From: a virus
IMG/VR virus record: IMGVR_UViG_3300010149_000001
Location: 17,677 to 81,676 of that record
Reading direction: 5' to 3' (one strand)
Length of the DNA stretch: 64,000 bases
The first letter of the stretch is position 1. Each line of letters opens with the position of its first letter. The notes beneath the pieces were generated by a model. That model saw only the letters and a list, made by a program, of their open reading frames with translations, did no database searches and had not been told where the DNA came from. Shown one piece after another: positions 20,003-31,200 of the stretch. Position numbers and translations under genes: made by a program.

Positions 20003-20785
20003 ATGACCGACATTGAATATATCCGAATGCCCCATCTCGACCAGCGGATTGAGGTCGTCATGAATGCGGCTCGTCTGATTCAACAATCCATATTCCCAGA
20101 CTGTTGTTATCAGATGTCAGAGGCGATGGCTGGTGCGCTTGAGATTCTGGGAGTTCCAGCATACGCTCAAGCATGTGATGTGTATGGATGGAATCACGAC
20201 TTCTTGAGATACAAGAAAGGCGACCACATCAGAATCGAAAATCATAACGACAACCTCAAGAAAAAGAAGAAAAACACACGCCATCCACAGCGAAAGTCCA
20301 GCAAAGGCAAACCAATCAAGCAGATTGACCCATACACTCTGGCAATATACCACGAGCAAGAGGTTCAAGGCACAGGTTATGACGGCCATGTCATCTGTAT
20401 CGCAGACGGATGGATTCTGGATGCAACCGCTGGGCAATTCCACAGGCCACATAAGAGCCTCAATTCACACGCTCTCAACGCCATCCCACTCATGGCATTC
20501 CAAGAATATCCAGAAGAGTTCAAGCAAGCGTGGTGCGAAACCAAGTTCATGGTCGAGACAAGTTTCAATCAAGGGTTGATGGCAATCAGCAAAGAATCCA
20601 AAACCGATGGACAATTTGCATATTGCCTCAGACCAGATATTGAACCCGATAATTGGTTGGACTTCACTCCGACAGCACGAACAAACATTCCCATCTGTCA
20701 GAATTGGATTCTGGAGATTGCTCAGAGAACTCTGGATGGAGATGTGTCCTTTGACATTAACGAACTCCACGAAAAGTTTGGTTGA
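20003..20785 (+). CDS. Hypothetical protein with a possible transglutaminase-like Cys-His-Asp triad
   Basis: CC...GHV...WILDATAGQF; early-type CATTGAGA/CATTGATATA boxes upstream. Confidence 0.6.
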   Translation: MTDIEYIRMPHLDQRIEVVMNAARLIQQSIFPDCCYQMSEAMAGALEILGVPAYAQACDVYGWNHDFLRYKKGDHIRIENHNDNLKKKKKNTRHPQRKSSKGKPIKQIDPYTLAIYHEQEVQGTGYDGHVICIADGWILDATAGQFHRPHKSLNSHALNAIPLMAFQEYPEEFKQAWCETKFMVETSFNQGLMAISKESKTDGQFAYCLRPDIEPDNWLDFTPTARTNIPICQNWILEIAQRTLDGDVSFDINELHEKFG

Positions 20786-20816
20786 TTTGATAACGGTGGG
20801 ACTGATAGGGCAAACC

Positions 20817-21041
20817 ATGTCAGAAGATGAAACTCCTGTGGATGAAACAGAAAAAGTCATGCAAATCAATGGTCGAAACCAGAAAATGTGGGAACTCCCA
20901 GCGAGTTCATCACCATCTGCGGTTGGAGACAAACTCATGATTCTCATGATGGCAAATCCCCAACAGATATTCAGAGTTTTCAGAGCAGACGAGATGATAT
21001 TCATCGCCGCCATCGAGGGTGAGGAATGGTCAAAAGTCTGA
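20817..21041 (+). CDS. Hypothetical protein
   Basis: TTGATAAC box about 29 nt upstream. Confidence 0.55.
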   Translation: MSEDETPVDETEKVMQINGRNQKMWELPASSSPSAVGDKLMILMMANPQQIFRVFRADEMIFIAAIEGEEWSKV

Positions 21042-21595
21042 CCAATCCATTGAGCGTTGAGCATTTACTTCTTGCCAGACAGTTCTATCGTGAACTCAGA
21101 GCAGAGCGACCAGATACTCTGGGAGGATTGCCCTCTGGAACTTCTTGGCTTCGCTGGAGGTATCTCAGAGATGGCACAGTCAGAACTCTGGCACAGGTCA
21201 GATTCACAGACGATGACTTCACCATCAGCATCAACCGTTATGCCTTCGACTACTATGACGAGGGCTATGCCATTCTGCTCAAGGGACTCATCCATCACGA
21301 ACTCTTGCACATCGTCTTGGGTTCAGAAGAAGGTCATGGGCAGATGTTCACATCTCTGGAGGAATCGTGGGAGGAATATCCAGAATACAAGTATCACAGA
21401 GCCAAGTTCGTGCGGCAGATTGAACGCATCGAGCGTGGCAAAGGTCGGCTCTGGCAGTATGAATGCCCCAATTGTAGCAAGGTCATATTCAGAACCAGAA
21501 AAATCGCCCCAGAGTCGTCATGTATGGTGTGCTGTAAAGCATTGAACAACGGAGTTTGGTCAGAATCCTATGTATTGAGGGAACGCAAAGAGTGA
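21026..21595 (+). CDS. SprT-like zinc metalloprotease
   Basis: HELLH, downstream HG..F, C-terminal YECPNC...CMVC Zn ribbon. Confidence 0.8.
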   Translation: MVKSLTNPLSVEHLLLARQFYRELRAERPDTLGGLPSGTSWLRWRYLRDGTVRTLAQVRFTDDDFTISINRYAFDYYDEGYAILLKGLIHHELLHIVLGSEEGHGQMFTSLEESWEEYPEYKYHRAKFVRQIERIERGKGRLWQYECPNCSKVIFRTRKIAPESSCMVCCKALNNGVWSESYVLRERKE

Positions 21596-21622
21596 TATAT
21601 GAGATTGATACTCGCTTGACAC

Positions 21623-22117
21623 ATGCCCAGAAAGCGACCTGCCATTGGCAAAAGAGAATTGAAGAGAATGACCAGAGACCGAATCCAGAAGGAATTGGAG
21701 GCTCATGGTCTTGAATGCGAAGATATGACAGCGGGGTCAATCAAATACACCGTTGCCAGATTCATGAATGAACCAAACCAGATTGTAGCCGCTATCTATG
21801 GCTCAATCAAAGACTGTGCATCCATTTGGGTGAAAGAGTCTGCATTCCAAGAACTGAAACCAGAACTGATGGCTTCTCATCCAGATGCAACCGTCGAAGA
21901 TGTCTCCCTGTTTCGCAGAGGATTCCAATGGTCAGTTCACATCAAGTCTCCAGATGACCCTCTGATTCTGAAAGTCGTTGACAAAGCAGTTCTTCATGGA
22001 CAAGCACGACTCAACAAGACCGTCAAGCGTCGAGCAGAGGACATACGCAGAGAACAAGCACGAGCAGAGCGTGAAGCGGCTATGGCTGAACGCAAGCGTG
22101 ATTGGAAATCTGAGTGA
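21623..22117 (+). CDS. Hypothetical protein
   Basis: 164-aa ORF with a TGATATA box upstream. Confidence 0.65.
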   Translation: MPRKRPAIGKRELKRMTRDRIQKELEAHGLECEDMTAGSIKYTVARFMNEPNQIVAAIYGSIKDCASIWVKESAFQELKPELMASHPDATVEDVSLFRRGFQWSVHIKSPDDPLILKVVDKAVLHGQARLNKTVKRRAEDIRREQARAEREAAMAERKRDWKSE

Positions 22118-22149
22118 TTCTTCATATACTGTCGGCCAATCAATCTCTT

Positions 22150-22254
22150 GGAGGTTGGTGTCTGGTAAAGAGATGCGTTGTTGCTACTCTTTTGCCCTAT
22201 CACTTCCATTCGGCTCAACATCGAATCGGGTATTTTCAGCCAGACACCGCCTTC
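22150..22254 (+). ncRNA. Candidate ~105-nt structured small RNA
   Basis: TTCATATA box 29 nt upstream; GGTGTCTGG/CCAGACACC closing stem extended by G-U pairs; internal hairpins. Confidence 0.5.
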
Positions 22255-22322
22255 ATCCTAATCAGATTCTGCAACATTGATACACCGATGTATTGATATA
22301 TGGAGACTTGCTGGCAGATAAC

Positions 22323-23477
22323 ATGGCGAGAGATACAGACCAGACAGAATTGATAGAAAAACTGACCGAAGTGAAGGACACAGCGTCTGCACGAGACAAA
22401 AAGTTCGTGGGCGACCTATGTTCAAAAGGTGCAAAGTGGGATTTATCCACACCCCAGATGAAGTGGGTTCGCATCTTTGTTGACCGATATTGCACAGACA
22501 CCAGCACCACAGGTGTCAAAGCAGAAGGCAAATCATTCACCACAGTTTCAGACACCAGCACTTCATCCTCATCTGTGAGTGAAGCAGAAGTCGTTGAGAT
22601 GAATAACCTTCGCAAATACCTGCCAGCACGAGACCAGAACTTTGTTCAGTCCCTGTGCCGATTCCACCAGAAGCGTGGATTCTTGACAGGTGGTCAGATG
22701 CCTCACTTCAAGCGACTTCTTGCTGAGGCTCGTGATTTGAAGTCCACTCACGCTGACCGCATGGCGGCTCGTGATGCGGCTCGTGTTGCTCGTGAAGCAG
22801 AAGCAGAACGCCTTCGCATCCTCCACACTCCTGTTGACGATGCTGATGCAATCACAGGCTTTGAGGCTGTCATTGAAATGTTCGATGCGGCTGGCGAGAC
22901 TCTGACCCAGACCAAAGTTCACCTTCTGGCTGACGATGGCACAGAAGTCGTTGTCCGTTCCAACCGTCGCAAGGCTGAGACCAACGATGTTCTCTATGTC
23001 CACGATGCTGACATGACAGGACTGTCCAAGAGCGACCTTCGCCGTGTTGGTCGTCAATACTCCTTTGGACACATCACCAAAGCCACAAACGCTTGGAATC
23101 ACACTCCAGCGGTATCTGCTGAGGTCAAGACCATGATGGATGAGTTCAAGGCTAATCCAATCAAGGTTGTCTCAGAGATGGGTGCTAAACTTGGCCGATG
23201 TTGCTACTGCCGCAAGGAACTCTCAACCTATGAGTCCACCGCACACGGCTACGGCAAAATCTGTGCTGGACACTACAAACTCCCATACAGCACAGCAACC
23301 GCTGACATCATCAACGATAAAATCTCAGCCAAGACTCTTGAGGTTCTTATCGCTATGGATGACGAAGGAAACTATGCTGTCAAGGACAGAGCGTCTGGAG
23401 AGGTCATCTGCACCTTCAAGAGCCGTCAAGCGGCAAACGACTACGCTGACCAATTCAGCATCGTCGAGGCTATCTGA
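22323..23477 (+). CDS. Protein with DUF6011-like Zn finger (early-type cassette)
   Basis: CCYCRKELSTYESTAHGYGKICA; two FV.SL/DL...LS/LT..Q repeats; tandem CATTGATA boxes upstream. Confidence 0.75.
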   Translation: MARDTDQTELIEKLTEVKDTASARDKKFVGDLCSKGAKWDLSTPQMKWVRIFVDRYCTDTSTTGVKAEGKSFTTVSDTSTSSSSVSEAEVVEMNNLRKYLPARDQNFVQSLCRFHQKRGFLTGGQMPHFKRLLAEARDLKSTHADRMAARDAARVAREAEAERLRILHTPVDDADAITGFEAVIEMFDAAGETLTQTKVHLLADDGTEVVVRSNRRKAETNDVLYVHDADMTGLSKSDLRRVGRQYSFGHITKATNAWNHTPAVSAEVKTMMDEFKANPIKVVSEMGAKLGRCCYCRKELSTYESTAHGYGKICAGHYKLPYSTATADIINDKISAKTLEVLIAMDDEGNYAVKDRASGEVICTFKSRQAANDYADQFSIVEAI

Positions 23478-23517
23478 GACCGCCAGATTCAAGCATTAGG
23501 GGCGACTCCCTCTGTCC

Positions 23518-25059
23518 ATGTCGGATGGAGGGGGTCAAGCACTCACCAGAGAACAGGCCAGAGAGATTGCTCTCTATCCAGACCGCTGGGCGCAGTATTT
23601 CAGAACCATCGAAGGCAAGCCATTCTTGCTTCACCAGAGGCCATATCTGACTGAGGTTTATCGGCACTTTGGGGCTTTACAGAAAAACGATACAACCAAA
23701 ATTATCGTGCTGAAATGCTCACGCAAGGTCGAAAAGACTGAGACCATCTGCAACCTCCTTCTGTATGGCTTGCTGAACATTCCATACTTCAATGCCGTCT
23801 ATACCGCCCCCAGACAGCCACAGGTGTCCAGATTCGTTGAGGAACGGTTCAATGGGGCGATGATGTCATCCGTCAACAATGGATGCCTTCTAAAGCAACG
23901 AATCAAGACATCTGTGAGTCATCAGACATTCGATGTCGGTGCTAAATCTCTGAACCACTTCTATGCTTACTCAAATTGGGGAGATGCACATGGATTGCTG
24001 GGTATTGCCGCCGATATGTGTTGCATTGATGAATATCAAGACTCAGACCCAGATGTTCTGCCGATGTTGATTGAGATGCTCACTCAATCTGACTACAAGG
24101 TCGTGCTGGTTTCTGGAACTGCTCGTGAGCAAGGTTCTGAGTTCTGGAGGCTCTGGGAGTCCAGCACCAAAGGCGAGTGGGACATGGAGGGTGAACAATG
24201 GATTCATCAGTCTGGACACGCTACACAGGTTCAGAACATCATTGGGTATCACATCACCCAAGTCATGCACCCAGATGTCTCAGCAGACGACATAATCCAG
24301 AAGCGAGGAACATACACTCCACGCAGATTCCAGAATGAAGTGATGGGCGAGTTCTTTGCTGGTTCAGCGAAACCACTCACACTCGATGTTGCTCTGGCCT
24401 GTATTGATGCCGATATGTCTCCAACCACATCTCTGGCGATTCCAGAATCCTCCGTCATGGGAATTGATTGGGGAATGACAACGACAATCGTGATTCTCAG
24501 TTCTGATGGCAAGACGATATTGAATGCGATACGGGTTGAGTCCAGAGGCGACGATGACATGGATGAAGTCGGCATCATCAAGGATTTGATTCTGAGATAC
24601 AATTCAACAAAGGTCGTCTGTGATATTGGATATGGTGCGAGACAGGTCAAGGAACTGATGCGTGAGTTTGGCGACAGGATTGCTTCTTGCTACTATTCCA
24701 GCCGCCCTATGACACCGTATGAGTTCAAGCGCAGGGACAACAACAGGAACATCATCAACATGGCTGTGGTGGACAGGACAACCTATGTCGAAAAGACTCT
24801 GGAGGCCATCAAGAACAAAGAGTTCAAACTGCCGTTCAAGGGCAGGGAATTGGAGTGGGTTTTGCACGAGTGGTGCGCTCTGAACAGTTCTGTCGAGGAT
24901 GACATGAAGTCTGGCCGTCAACGACGCTCACAGGCTCTGACCAAGTATGGCAGAGATGGTGATGACCACGCATTCCACGCCTTGCTATACGCTACGCTCG
25001 CACTCGACATGCACGACGAGGGTGGCGGTCTGCCAACCATGCGAACCTTTGGTGCTTGA
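23518..25059 (+). CDS. terL: Terminase large subunit
   Basis: Walker A variant SRKVEKTE, Walker B CIDEYQD, motif III SGTA, RNase H-like GIDWG and DDHAFHA. Confidence 0.9.
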   Translation: MSDGGGQALTREQAREIALYPDRWAQYFRTIEGKPFLLHQRPYLTEVYRHFGALQKNDTTKIIVLKCSRKVEKTETICNLLLYGLLNIPYFNAVYTAPRQPQVSRFVEERFNGAMMSSVNNGCLLKQRIKTSVSHQTFDVGAKSLNHFYAYSNWGDAHGLLGIAADMCCIDEYQDSDPDVLPMLIEMLTQSDYKVVLVSGTAREQGSEFWRLWESSTKGEWDMEGEQWIHQSGHATQVQNIIGYHITQVMHPDVSADDIIQKRGTYTPRRFQNEVMGEFFAGSAKPLTLDVALACIDADMSPTTSLAIPESSVMGIDWGMTTTIVILSSDGKTILNAIRVESRGDDDMDEVGIIKDLILRYNSTKVVCDIGYGARQVKELMREFGDRIASCYYSSRPMTPYEFKRRDNNRNIINMAVVDRTTYVEKTLEAIKNKEFKLPFKGRELEWVLHEWCALNSSVEDDMKSGRQRRSQALTKYGRDGDDHAFHALLYATLALDMHDEGGGLPTMRTFGA

Positions 25060-25060
25060 A

Positions 25061-25324
25061 TCAGAACTCGTGTGAGAAGTCATCAGATGCGCCAACAGAT
25101 GCGGCCATTGAGTATGTTCCAAAGGGCATGAAGTATTCCTCTGTGGTGTGTCCACAGGTGAATGACTTAACGCTTCTGCGAACTTCAACACCGTCAATAA
25201 CTGTCCAGATGCTGGAGGCAGTTCTGCGTGTGATAGTGAAATACCAATGGCATTCTGAATCACAGATGGAGGTCGCTTTGTATGTGCATCCTTCGTTGAA
25301 GGTGAATGTTCCGTGTCGGCTCAT
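25061..25324 (-). CDS. Small hypothetical protein (early-type cassette, antisense to neighbours)
   Basis: Full promoter element on the minus strand at 25343-25384; MSRHGTF...SICDSEC. Confidence 0.75.
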   Translation of the reverse strand: MSRHGTFTFNEGCTYKATSICDSECHWYFTITRRTASSIWTVIDGVEVRRSVKSFTCGHTTEEYFMPFGTYSMAASVGASDDFSHEF

Positions 25325-25426
25325 ATCCTTCCGTGTGCATCCACCCTTATCAATGTATCTCAATCTCAATGCTTTTGTTCCCAATTCCAACACCGATTTA
25401 ACCCGCCGACATATTGAAGTCAATAC

Positions 25427-26371
25427 ATGGGCGACAGCGATGTGGATTTAGCAGAACTCAGCGAGAAGGCAGAACTTCTGGCAGAAGCGACGGGGCGAGA
25501 TAAATCAGATGTGATGGCAGACCTTCTGGATGATGGAATGTTGAATGAATCGAACAAACAAACGATGGGCATTCTGGACAAGGCCAATGAACAGGCTGTG
25601 AAGGCCAAAGCACTCTTGATGACAGTCTTGCCCATCATAGCCATTCTCTTGGGCGGAGGGGGTGCTGAGATGCTTGGAATCACCGACTTCATGGGCGACG
25701 ACTCTGACGAGGATGATGACGACTATTATGACCCATCGTGGGATATTGTTTGGGGATGCACCGCTTCTGATGCTGACAATTATGACCCATACGCCACAGA
25801 TGATGATGACTCGTGCTATTGGTCTCCAGAACCAATCTATGGTTGCACCAATCCAGCGGCCATGAACTATGATTCAGAGGCCACAGATGACGATGGTTCT
25901 TGCGAGCCTCGACACGAAGGTTGCACAGACCCAGATGCTGAGAACTATGACGACGAGGCCAACGAGGATGACGGTTCGTGTGAATATCCACCAGAAGAAC
26001 CAGAAGAACCAGAGTGCAACGGGACAGCGACATTCTATGATGTTCAGACTGAATGGATTCTGGAGAACAACAACACCACCGCCAAATTGGAGATGAAGTG
26101 GGATGCAGATTGGTCGTGTGATGAAATCAAATATATCGAGGTGGATATGGTCATCACAAACGAATCTGGAAACATCTCTTGGTCGAAAATCGCCGCATAT
26201 AATATCACATTCAATGAAGGCGCATACATCACCATCTATTGGGACACAGATGTGAGCATGACTGATAACTACACTCTAAGGCTCTCTCTGTGGCATGAAA
26301 CTGAGTCTGATGGGTGGCAGAACCCAGATAACAAAACAATCGCTCTGGGGCGACCAGAGGATGAAATCTGA
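25427..26371 (+). CDS. Membrane-anchored acidic protein with GCT.P.A.NYD..A..DDGSC repeats
   Basis: One TM helix and three Cys-containing repeats. Confidence 0.8.
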   Translation: MGDSDVDLAELSEKAELLAEATGRDKSDVMADLLDDGMLNESNKQTMGILDKANEQAVKAKALLMTVLPIIAILLGGGGAEMLGITDFMGDDSDEDDDDYYDPSWDIVWGCTASDADNYDPYATDDDDSCYWSPEPIYGCTNPAAMNYDSEATDDDGSCEPRHEGCTDPDAENYDDEANEDDGSCEYPPEEPEEPECNGTATFYDVQTEWILENNNTTAKLEMKWDADWSCDEIKYIEVDMVITNESGNISWSKIAAYNITFNEGAYITIYWDTDVSMTDNYTLRLSLWHETESDGWQNPDNKTIALGRPEDEI

Positions 26372-26410
26372 GCGATTCTGTGATAAACCCCCAAGTTCAC
26401 CAGCAGGGTT

Positions 26411-26605
26411 ATGGAGACAGAAACGCTGATTGCAGTTTTGACACTTGTTGCTATTCCCACCGCACTTTGGCTCAGAGAGCGATACGCCAGAATCATGGCT
26501 GACGGCAAGATAACCTTTGAAGAAGTCGTTGATGAAATCAAAGGAATCGCTGACAAAGCAGAAGAAGTCAAAGCAGATGTTGAACAAATCCTTGAAGAAG
26601 AGTGA
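26411..26605 (+). CDS. Small membrane protein
   Basis: N-terminal TM helix; late-type GATAAACCCCC box upstream. Confidence 0.7.
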   Translation: METETLIAVLTLVAIPTALWLRERYARIMADGKITFEEVVDEIKGIADKAEEVKADVEQILEEE

Positions 26606-26610
26606 TTGAG

Positions 26611-27012
26611 ATGGGAAAGAATGACAAGTCTGTCAATGACAGAATGATGATGCTGGTCGGAGTGCCTGTTGTTCTTGCATGGATGGCATTTGCTTGTCTG
26701 GTCATCTGGTCTGGTCTCCAAGACGATAAGGTCATGAACAACATTGACGGCTATACAACGCTCATCGCTATCATCGGCGGACCCGCCCTTCTGATTCTGA
26801 CATCTATTCTGGAACTCTGGAAGTCTGAGCAGAATCAAGAGATAACTTCGATGCCAGAACATTGGGCTGGTCAAGCGACGGCGGCTGAAAATGAAGCAGT
26901 TCATCTCAGAAGTCTGGCTGACCGCCAAGCAATTCACATTCAGAAACTTGAGGCAGAAGCCCAGAAGGTTGCACTTGGTCTTATTGAGACCGATACACAT
27001 TCAGAAGAGTGA
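26611..27012 (+). CDS. Two-TM membrane protein (holin-like?)
   Basis: Two hydrophobic helices. Confidence 0.6.
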   Translation: MGKNDKSVNDRMMMLVGVPVVLAWMAFACLVIWSGLQDDKVMNNIDGYTTLIAIIGGPALLILTSILELWKSEQNQEITSMPEHWAGQATAAENEAVHLRSLADRQAIHIQKLEAEAQKVALGLIETDTHSEE

Positions 27013-27017
27013 TTCAA

Positions 27018-27290
27018 ATGGCAAATCAAGACGATGTTCACTTTCAATGGACTCAAGCAATTCATCGGGATTTAGCAAATCTCAGAGACAACCACCTCGC
27101 TCACATCGCTGATGACTTGACCAATCTCAAACGAGATGTGGATGCACTCAAGTCAGATGTTGATGAACTCAAAGGCATCAAGGATGAAGCCCTTAGCATC
27201 CTTCGCAGATACTCTGGCAGAATAGTCGTGGGCATCCTCGTCGGTATCGGTGCGGCCACAGGCACACCCGTATTGATGGAGATGGTGTGA
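27018..27290 (+). CDS. Coiled-coil protein with C-terminal TM helix
   Basis: NHLAHI followed by heptads and a hydrophobic tail. Confidence 0.65.
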   Translation: MANQDDVHFQWTQAIHRDLANLRDNHLAHIADDLTNLKRDVDALKSDVDELKGIKDEALSILRRYSGRIVVGILVGIGAATGTPVLMEMV

Positions 27291-27448
27291 GTGGCGACTC
27301 ATGTTGACACCAGCAAAGACATCAGACAACCAAAGTGTGATATTGAACAAATCGGATATGCTTGTTTGAGAAATCCAGACATAAGACTGTCTCAGTCCTG
27401 TTGGGTTTGCCTCGTGTATCAAGCGAAACAATGGGGGAGGCCATACTA

Positions 27449-27598
27449 ATGCCACTCATGCTGGTCGCCTGTCAAGAGTGCAATCGCACCAAATGGTCAA
27501 GGTCTCCCAGACCCAAGTGCAACGCTGTGGATTGCTCAAGACGCTATGGCAACATGAAGGCAGTTCAGCCCCAGCCAGAGCCACCAGAATGGGCTTAA
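27449..27598 (+). CDS. Small Zn-ribbon protein
   Basis: CQEC...CNAVDC; GGGAGG SD upstream. Confidence 0.55.
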   Translation: MPLMLVACQECNRTKWSRSPRPKCNAVDCSRRYGNMKAVQPQPEPPEWA

Positions 27599-28038
27599 GC
27601 CCACTCTTGCATCATGACCTTAACGAATCGGTTGAATCGCTTGCGGCCTGTCTCGTTTTTCTTGTCTGCTGGTTTCCAATTGAATCCCAGACTGAACTGA
27701 GCAGATGTGCCACGAGTGCCATCAGAACTGACCCATTGGCCTTCTGAGATTCGGACAAACTTTGGGAACTGTGCAACAAACGCTTTGGTGTCAGCATCGT
27801 TATCAAAGTGAAAACTCAAGTTCATGCTGAAACTTGGGGGAACTTGCCAATTGTCCCAATCTCCTTCTTCTGCTTGGACAAAGGTTTCTGCTTCTAATTC
27901 AGCGGCGTTGAATCTTGCTTCTGCATCATCAAGGCATTCTGCGATAGTCTTGAACTGTGCGGCTTCGTGTTTGATTCCACAGCCTCCATAATAAGTTCCT
28001 TTCGATAGTGTGTTCCAATGCTCTCCTGTTGTCTGCAT
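27595..28038 (-). CDS. Hypothetical protein (early-type cassette)
   Basis: GCATTGATAAGGG box on the minus strand about 30 nt upstream. Confidence 0.7.
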   Translation of the reverse strand: MQTTGEHWNTLSKGTYYGGCGIKHEAAQFKTIAECLDDAEARFNAAELEAETFVQAEEGDWDNWQVPPSFSMNLSFHFDNDADTKAFVAQFPKFVRISEGQWVSSDGTRGTSAQFSLGFNWKPADKKNETGRKRFNRFVKVMMQEWA

Positions 28039-28140
28039 GTGTTGAACCAATGGGTCTCCCCTTATCAATGCTTCGATATTCCAATACTTTGATGTCTGAA
28101 TAGGAATGTTCTTATACTACTACACCCACCCATCAAATAC

Positions 28141-28256
28141 CCCGCCAGACGGGTGATACCCCAAGACAAGCCCCCAGAAGTGCGATTGACGAATCCTGTC
28201 TCCGCTTCTGGACACGGCCTCTGGAATACGAGGGGAATGTCTGGCACTCATATTCC
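28141..28256 (+). ncRNA. Candidate small RNA A
   Basis: TTATAC box 29 nt upstream; GCCAGAC/GTCTGGC closing stem; 3' tail GGCACTCATATTCC identical to RNA B. Confidence 0.55.
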
Positions 28257-28295
28257 TCCCAAAGCAATTAAACCACAGATGCCCGTCATCACGCT

Positions 28296-31200
28296 ATGGC
28301 AGAGCGTAAGCGCACCTTCGCAGACCGATTGCTGGGGCGCAACAGGTCAGCATCCCCAGCCGATGTGCAACGCTTAACCAAACTCATCAACGACCAACAC
28401 CAACCAGAGATGGATTGGGATGGCAAGGCTCTGGCTTCAATGTCCAAAATCGGACAGGCCACCTCCGCATCGAAGGGCAAAACAGGTTCTGGCGGAACTC
28501 AAACTCAAGTATCATACAATCTGCTCAGAGACATCTCGCTCAAGTCTGAGGTTGTCAACGCTATCCTCAGACGATGTGTTGACGACATTCTGGGCAACGG
28601 ATATTCATTCATTCTGGCAGAAGGCAAAGAGAGTGGAGACACGGCTCAATTGCAGAAACTCAAGGACTTCTTCAAGAATCCAAATCCAGATGACAACGGC
28701 AACGAGTGGATGGAATCACTCATCTATGACCTGTGCCTGTTTGGAGATGCGTATCTGGAACTCGATGGTTCAGATGACACCAACACAGATGGCAAAGGAC
28801 AGTCGTGGACATACGGCGGCGAACTCGCAAGTGTCTGGCCTATCCCAGCAGAGCAGATGACTTTGCTCGCTGGCAACCGCAGACCAGAGCCACCAGAGAT
28901 GGCATACATGCAGAAACTCAACGGCGAGACCAGAAAGTTCAGCAAGGACAAGGTGATTCATATCTCCAAGTTCAAGCATGGTCGTGCATACGGGACTTCA
29001 CCTCTGATTCCTCTGCTCAATGTGATTGCTGGACACCTCAACCTGTCGAACTATCTGAATGAACTCTATACAGGAACTCTGCCCAAGACCATTCTCAATG
29101 TGGGCGACATCAGCAACGCTGAGATGAAAGCCATGCTCGCACTTCTGGAACAGCAATTGACAGGTGGCAAATCGCCATTCGGTCTGGTCGCTGTGAACGG
29201 TGGAACAGGATTCAATATGCACAGGATTCTGGACTCGACCAGAGAAGGCGCACAGTTAGACCTGCTATACTACTATCGTGAAGAGATATGCGCTGTCTTT
29301 GGCATCCCACCGATGAAACTTGGCTGGGTTCAGACAGGCAAAATGTCCAACCCAGAATCTCAATTAGAGGCTTGGTATGATGTCATTGAATCATATCATA
29401 AGCGTGTTGAGGCAGTTCTCAACAACCGACTTCTGCCACTCTTTGAAATCACCGATTGGGAGTTCAAGTTCACCACCATCCGACCCAGCAGGGACAAGGA
29501 GATTGCAGAGACTCGCAAGGCAGAAGCCAACGCTATCTCCAACCTCCGTCAAGAAGGTGTCATATCAATCAACGAGGCCAGAAGTATGCTTGGCTTTGAG
29601 CGTCTGTCTGAGCCAGAGGCAGATGACCCGATGTTCCTATCACCCAAACTCGCCATCAACAAGGGCAAAGTGGAATCTGGTGTTGAGACTGAAATGTCAA
29701 TTCCATCTCTTGCAGATTTGTTCCCATCTCCAGAATCACCATCTGATGAAGGCAAAGGTGCTGGTGAGCATCCAGATTGGCTCGATGAAATCCCGTTGGT
29801 TGAACTATCTGATGATATTCGCACCGATATGCTTCAAACCAGAATGAAGAACTCAGACGAGTTTGAAGAAATTATCGCAGAATCAGAGGCAGTTCTGAAA
29901 GCAGTTTTTGAAGAAGGACAGGAATCATTCGCATCTGCTGTCATCAAGGAACTCAACGAGATGTTCTCTGCTGGAGATGAAGCGGTTGAGATTCCAGATA
30001 TTGACCTTGATATTCCTGTCAAGTCCTATGTCAGAAAGGCAACAATCAGTCTGGATGATATTGAATTGGCCGTTGGTGCTGTTGATGCAAACATCGGTCT
30101 GGCGATTGAATCTCAAGTGGCATCTGCTGAACTCACATTGGTCGGTGCGTATGAAGCATCACTCGCAACCACACTTGCACCCACAGGAATCTCTGCGGCT
30201 CTGATGTCTGACGATATTGCCGCCATAGCCTTCTGGCGAAGTCGCTGGGTTCTGCCAGCCCTCAGAAGGACTCTTGGCTCTCACAGAGCGAACATCATTG
30301 ACACCTTTGAGCGAATGGTGTCTGATGGCGAATCGTGGCGATGGGCGAGAGCAGAGATGCGTTCTCTGATTGACCCAAGTGGCAAGCGTTATCCAGCATA
30401 CTACTATGACCGAATCGCACGAACTGAAACCAGACGAGTCGTTGAAAACTCTCACATCTCTGGAATGAGAAGGGCTGGATTCCAACATGTTCAGAGGCTG
30501 GTCGTTGTTGACGACACGACTGACAGAGACTTATGCGCCCCGTATGAGGATGCAGTTTATCCGATTGCAGAATCCAAATCTGTGATTCCAGCACACCCGA
30601 ATTGCCGATGCACATTTGTTGCGTATGAGGGAACTCCAGAAACCGTTGTTCCATCTGACCAGATTCTGACACCCGTTATTGAGTTCAATATGAATGTAGT
30701 GAACAAGGCTGTGAGTTCTGCGGTGCGAGATGGGCTGGCAACCAAAGCCAAAGAGCATAATGAAAAAGTCAAAAATGCCAAGACCAAAAAGACCAGCACC
30801 AGAACTCTGATTGCTGTGTTTGAAAGAGGCGTTGGTGCATACAATACAAATCCATCATCGGTCAGACCAAGCGTCAGTTCACCAGAACAATGGGCGTATG
30901 CTCGTGTCAATTCATTCCTCTATTGTCTAAGAAACGGCAGGTATCGAAGCGGCAAGCACGATACTGATTTACTGCCCAAAGGACACCCACAGTCAACCAA
31001 GTCAGTCTCTAAGCGAGCATTGACCAGAAAGGATTTGACTCCACCAGCAGGGGTCAAGAAAGCATGTGCAACAGGAATCAAACTCTTTGAGGATGGATAT
31101 GGAGGCTCTGGACTTGAGGCCACGACCATCCGTGAGGCCAGAAGCATTGTCAGAGGAACTCCAATCACAGTCGCCAAAGCCAGAAAAATGATTCGCTGGT

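Noticed and set aside
28141-28256. tRNA-like cloverleaf with a 7-bp closing stem
   Set aside because: No TTC T-loop, D-loop GG or proper anticodon arm. I found no canonical tRNA in the window by eye.
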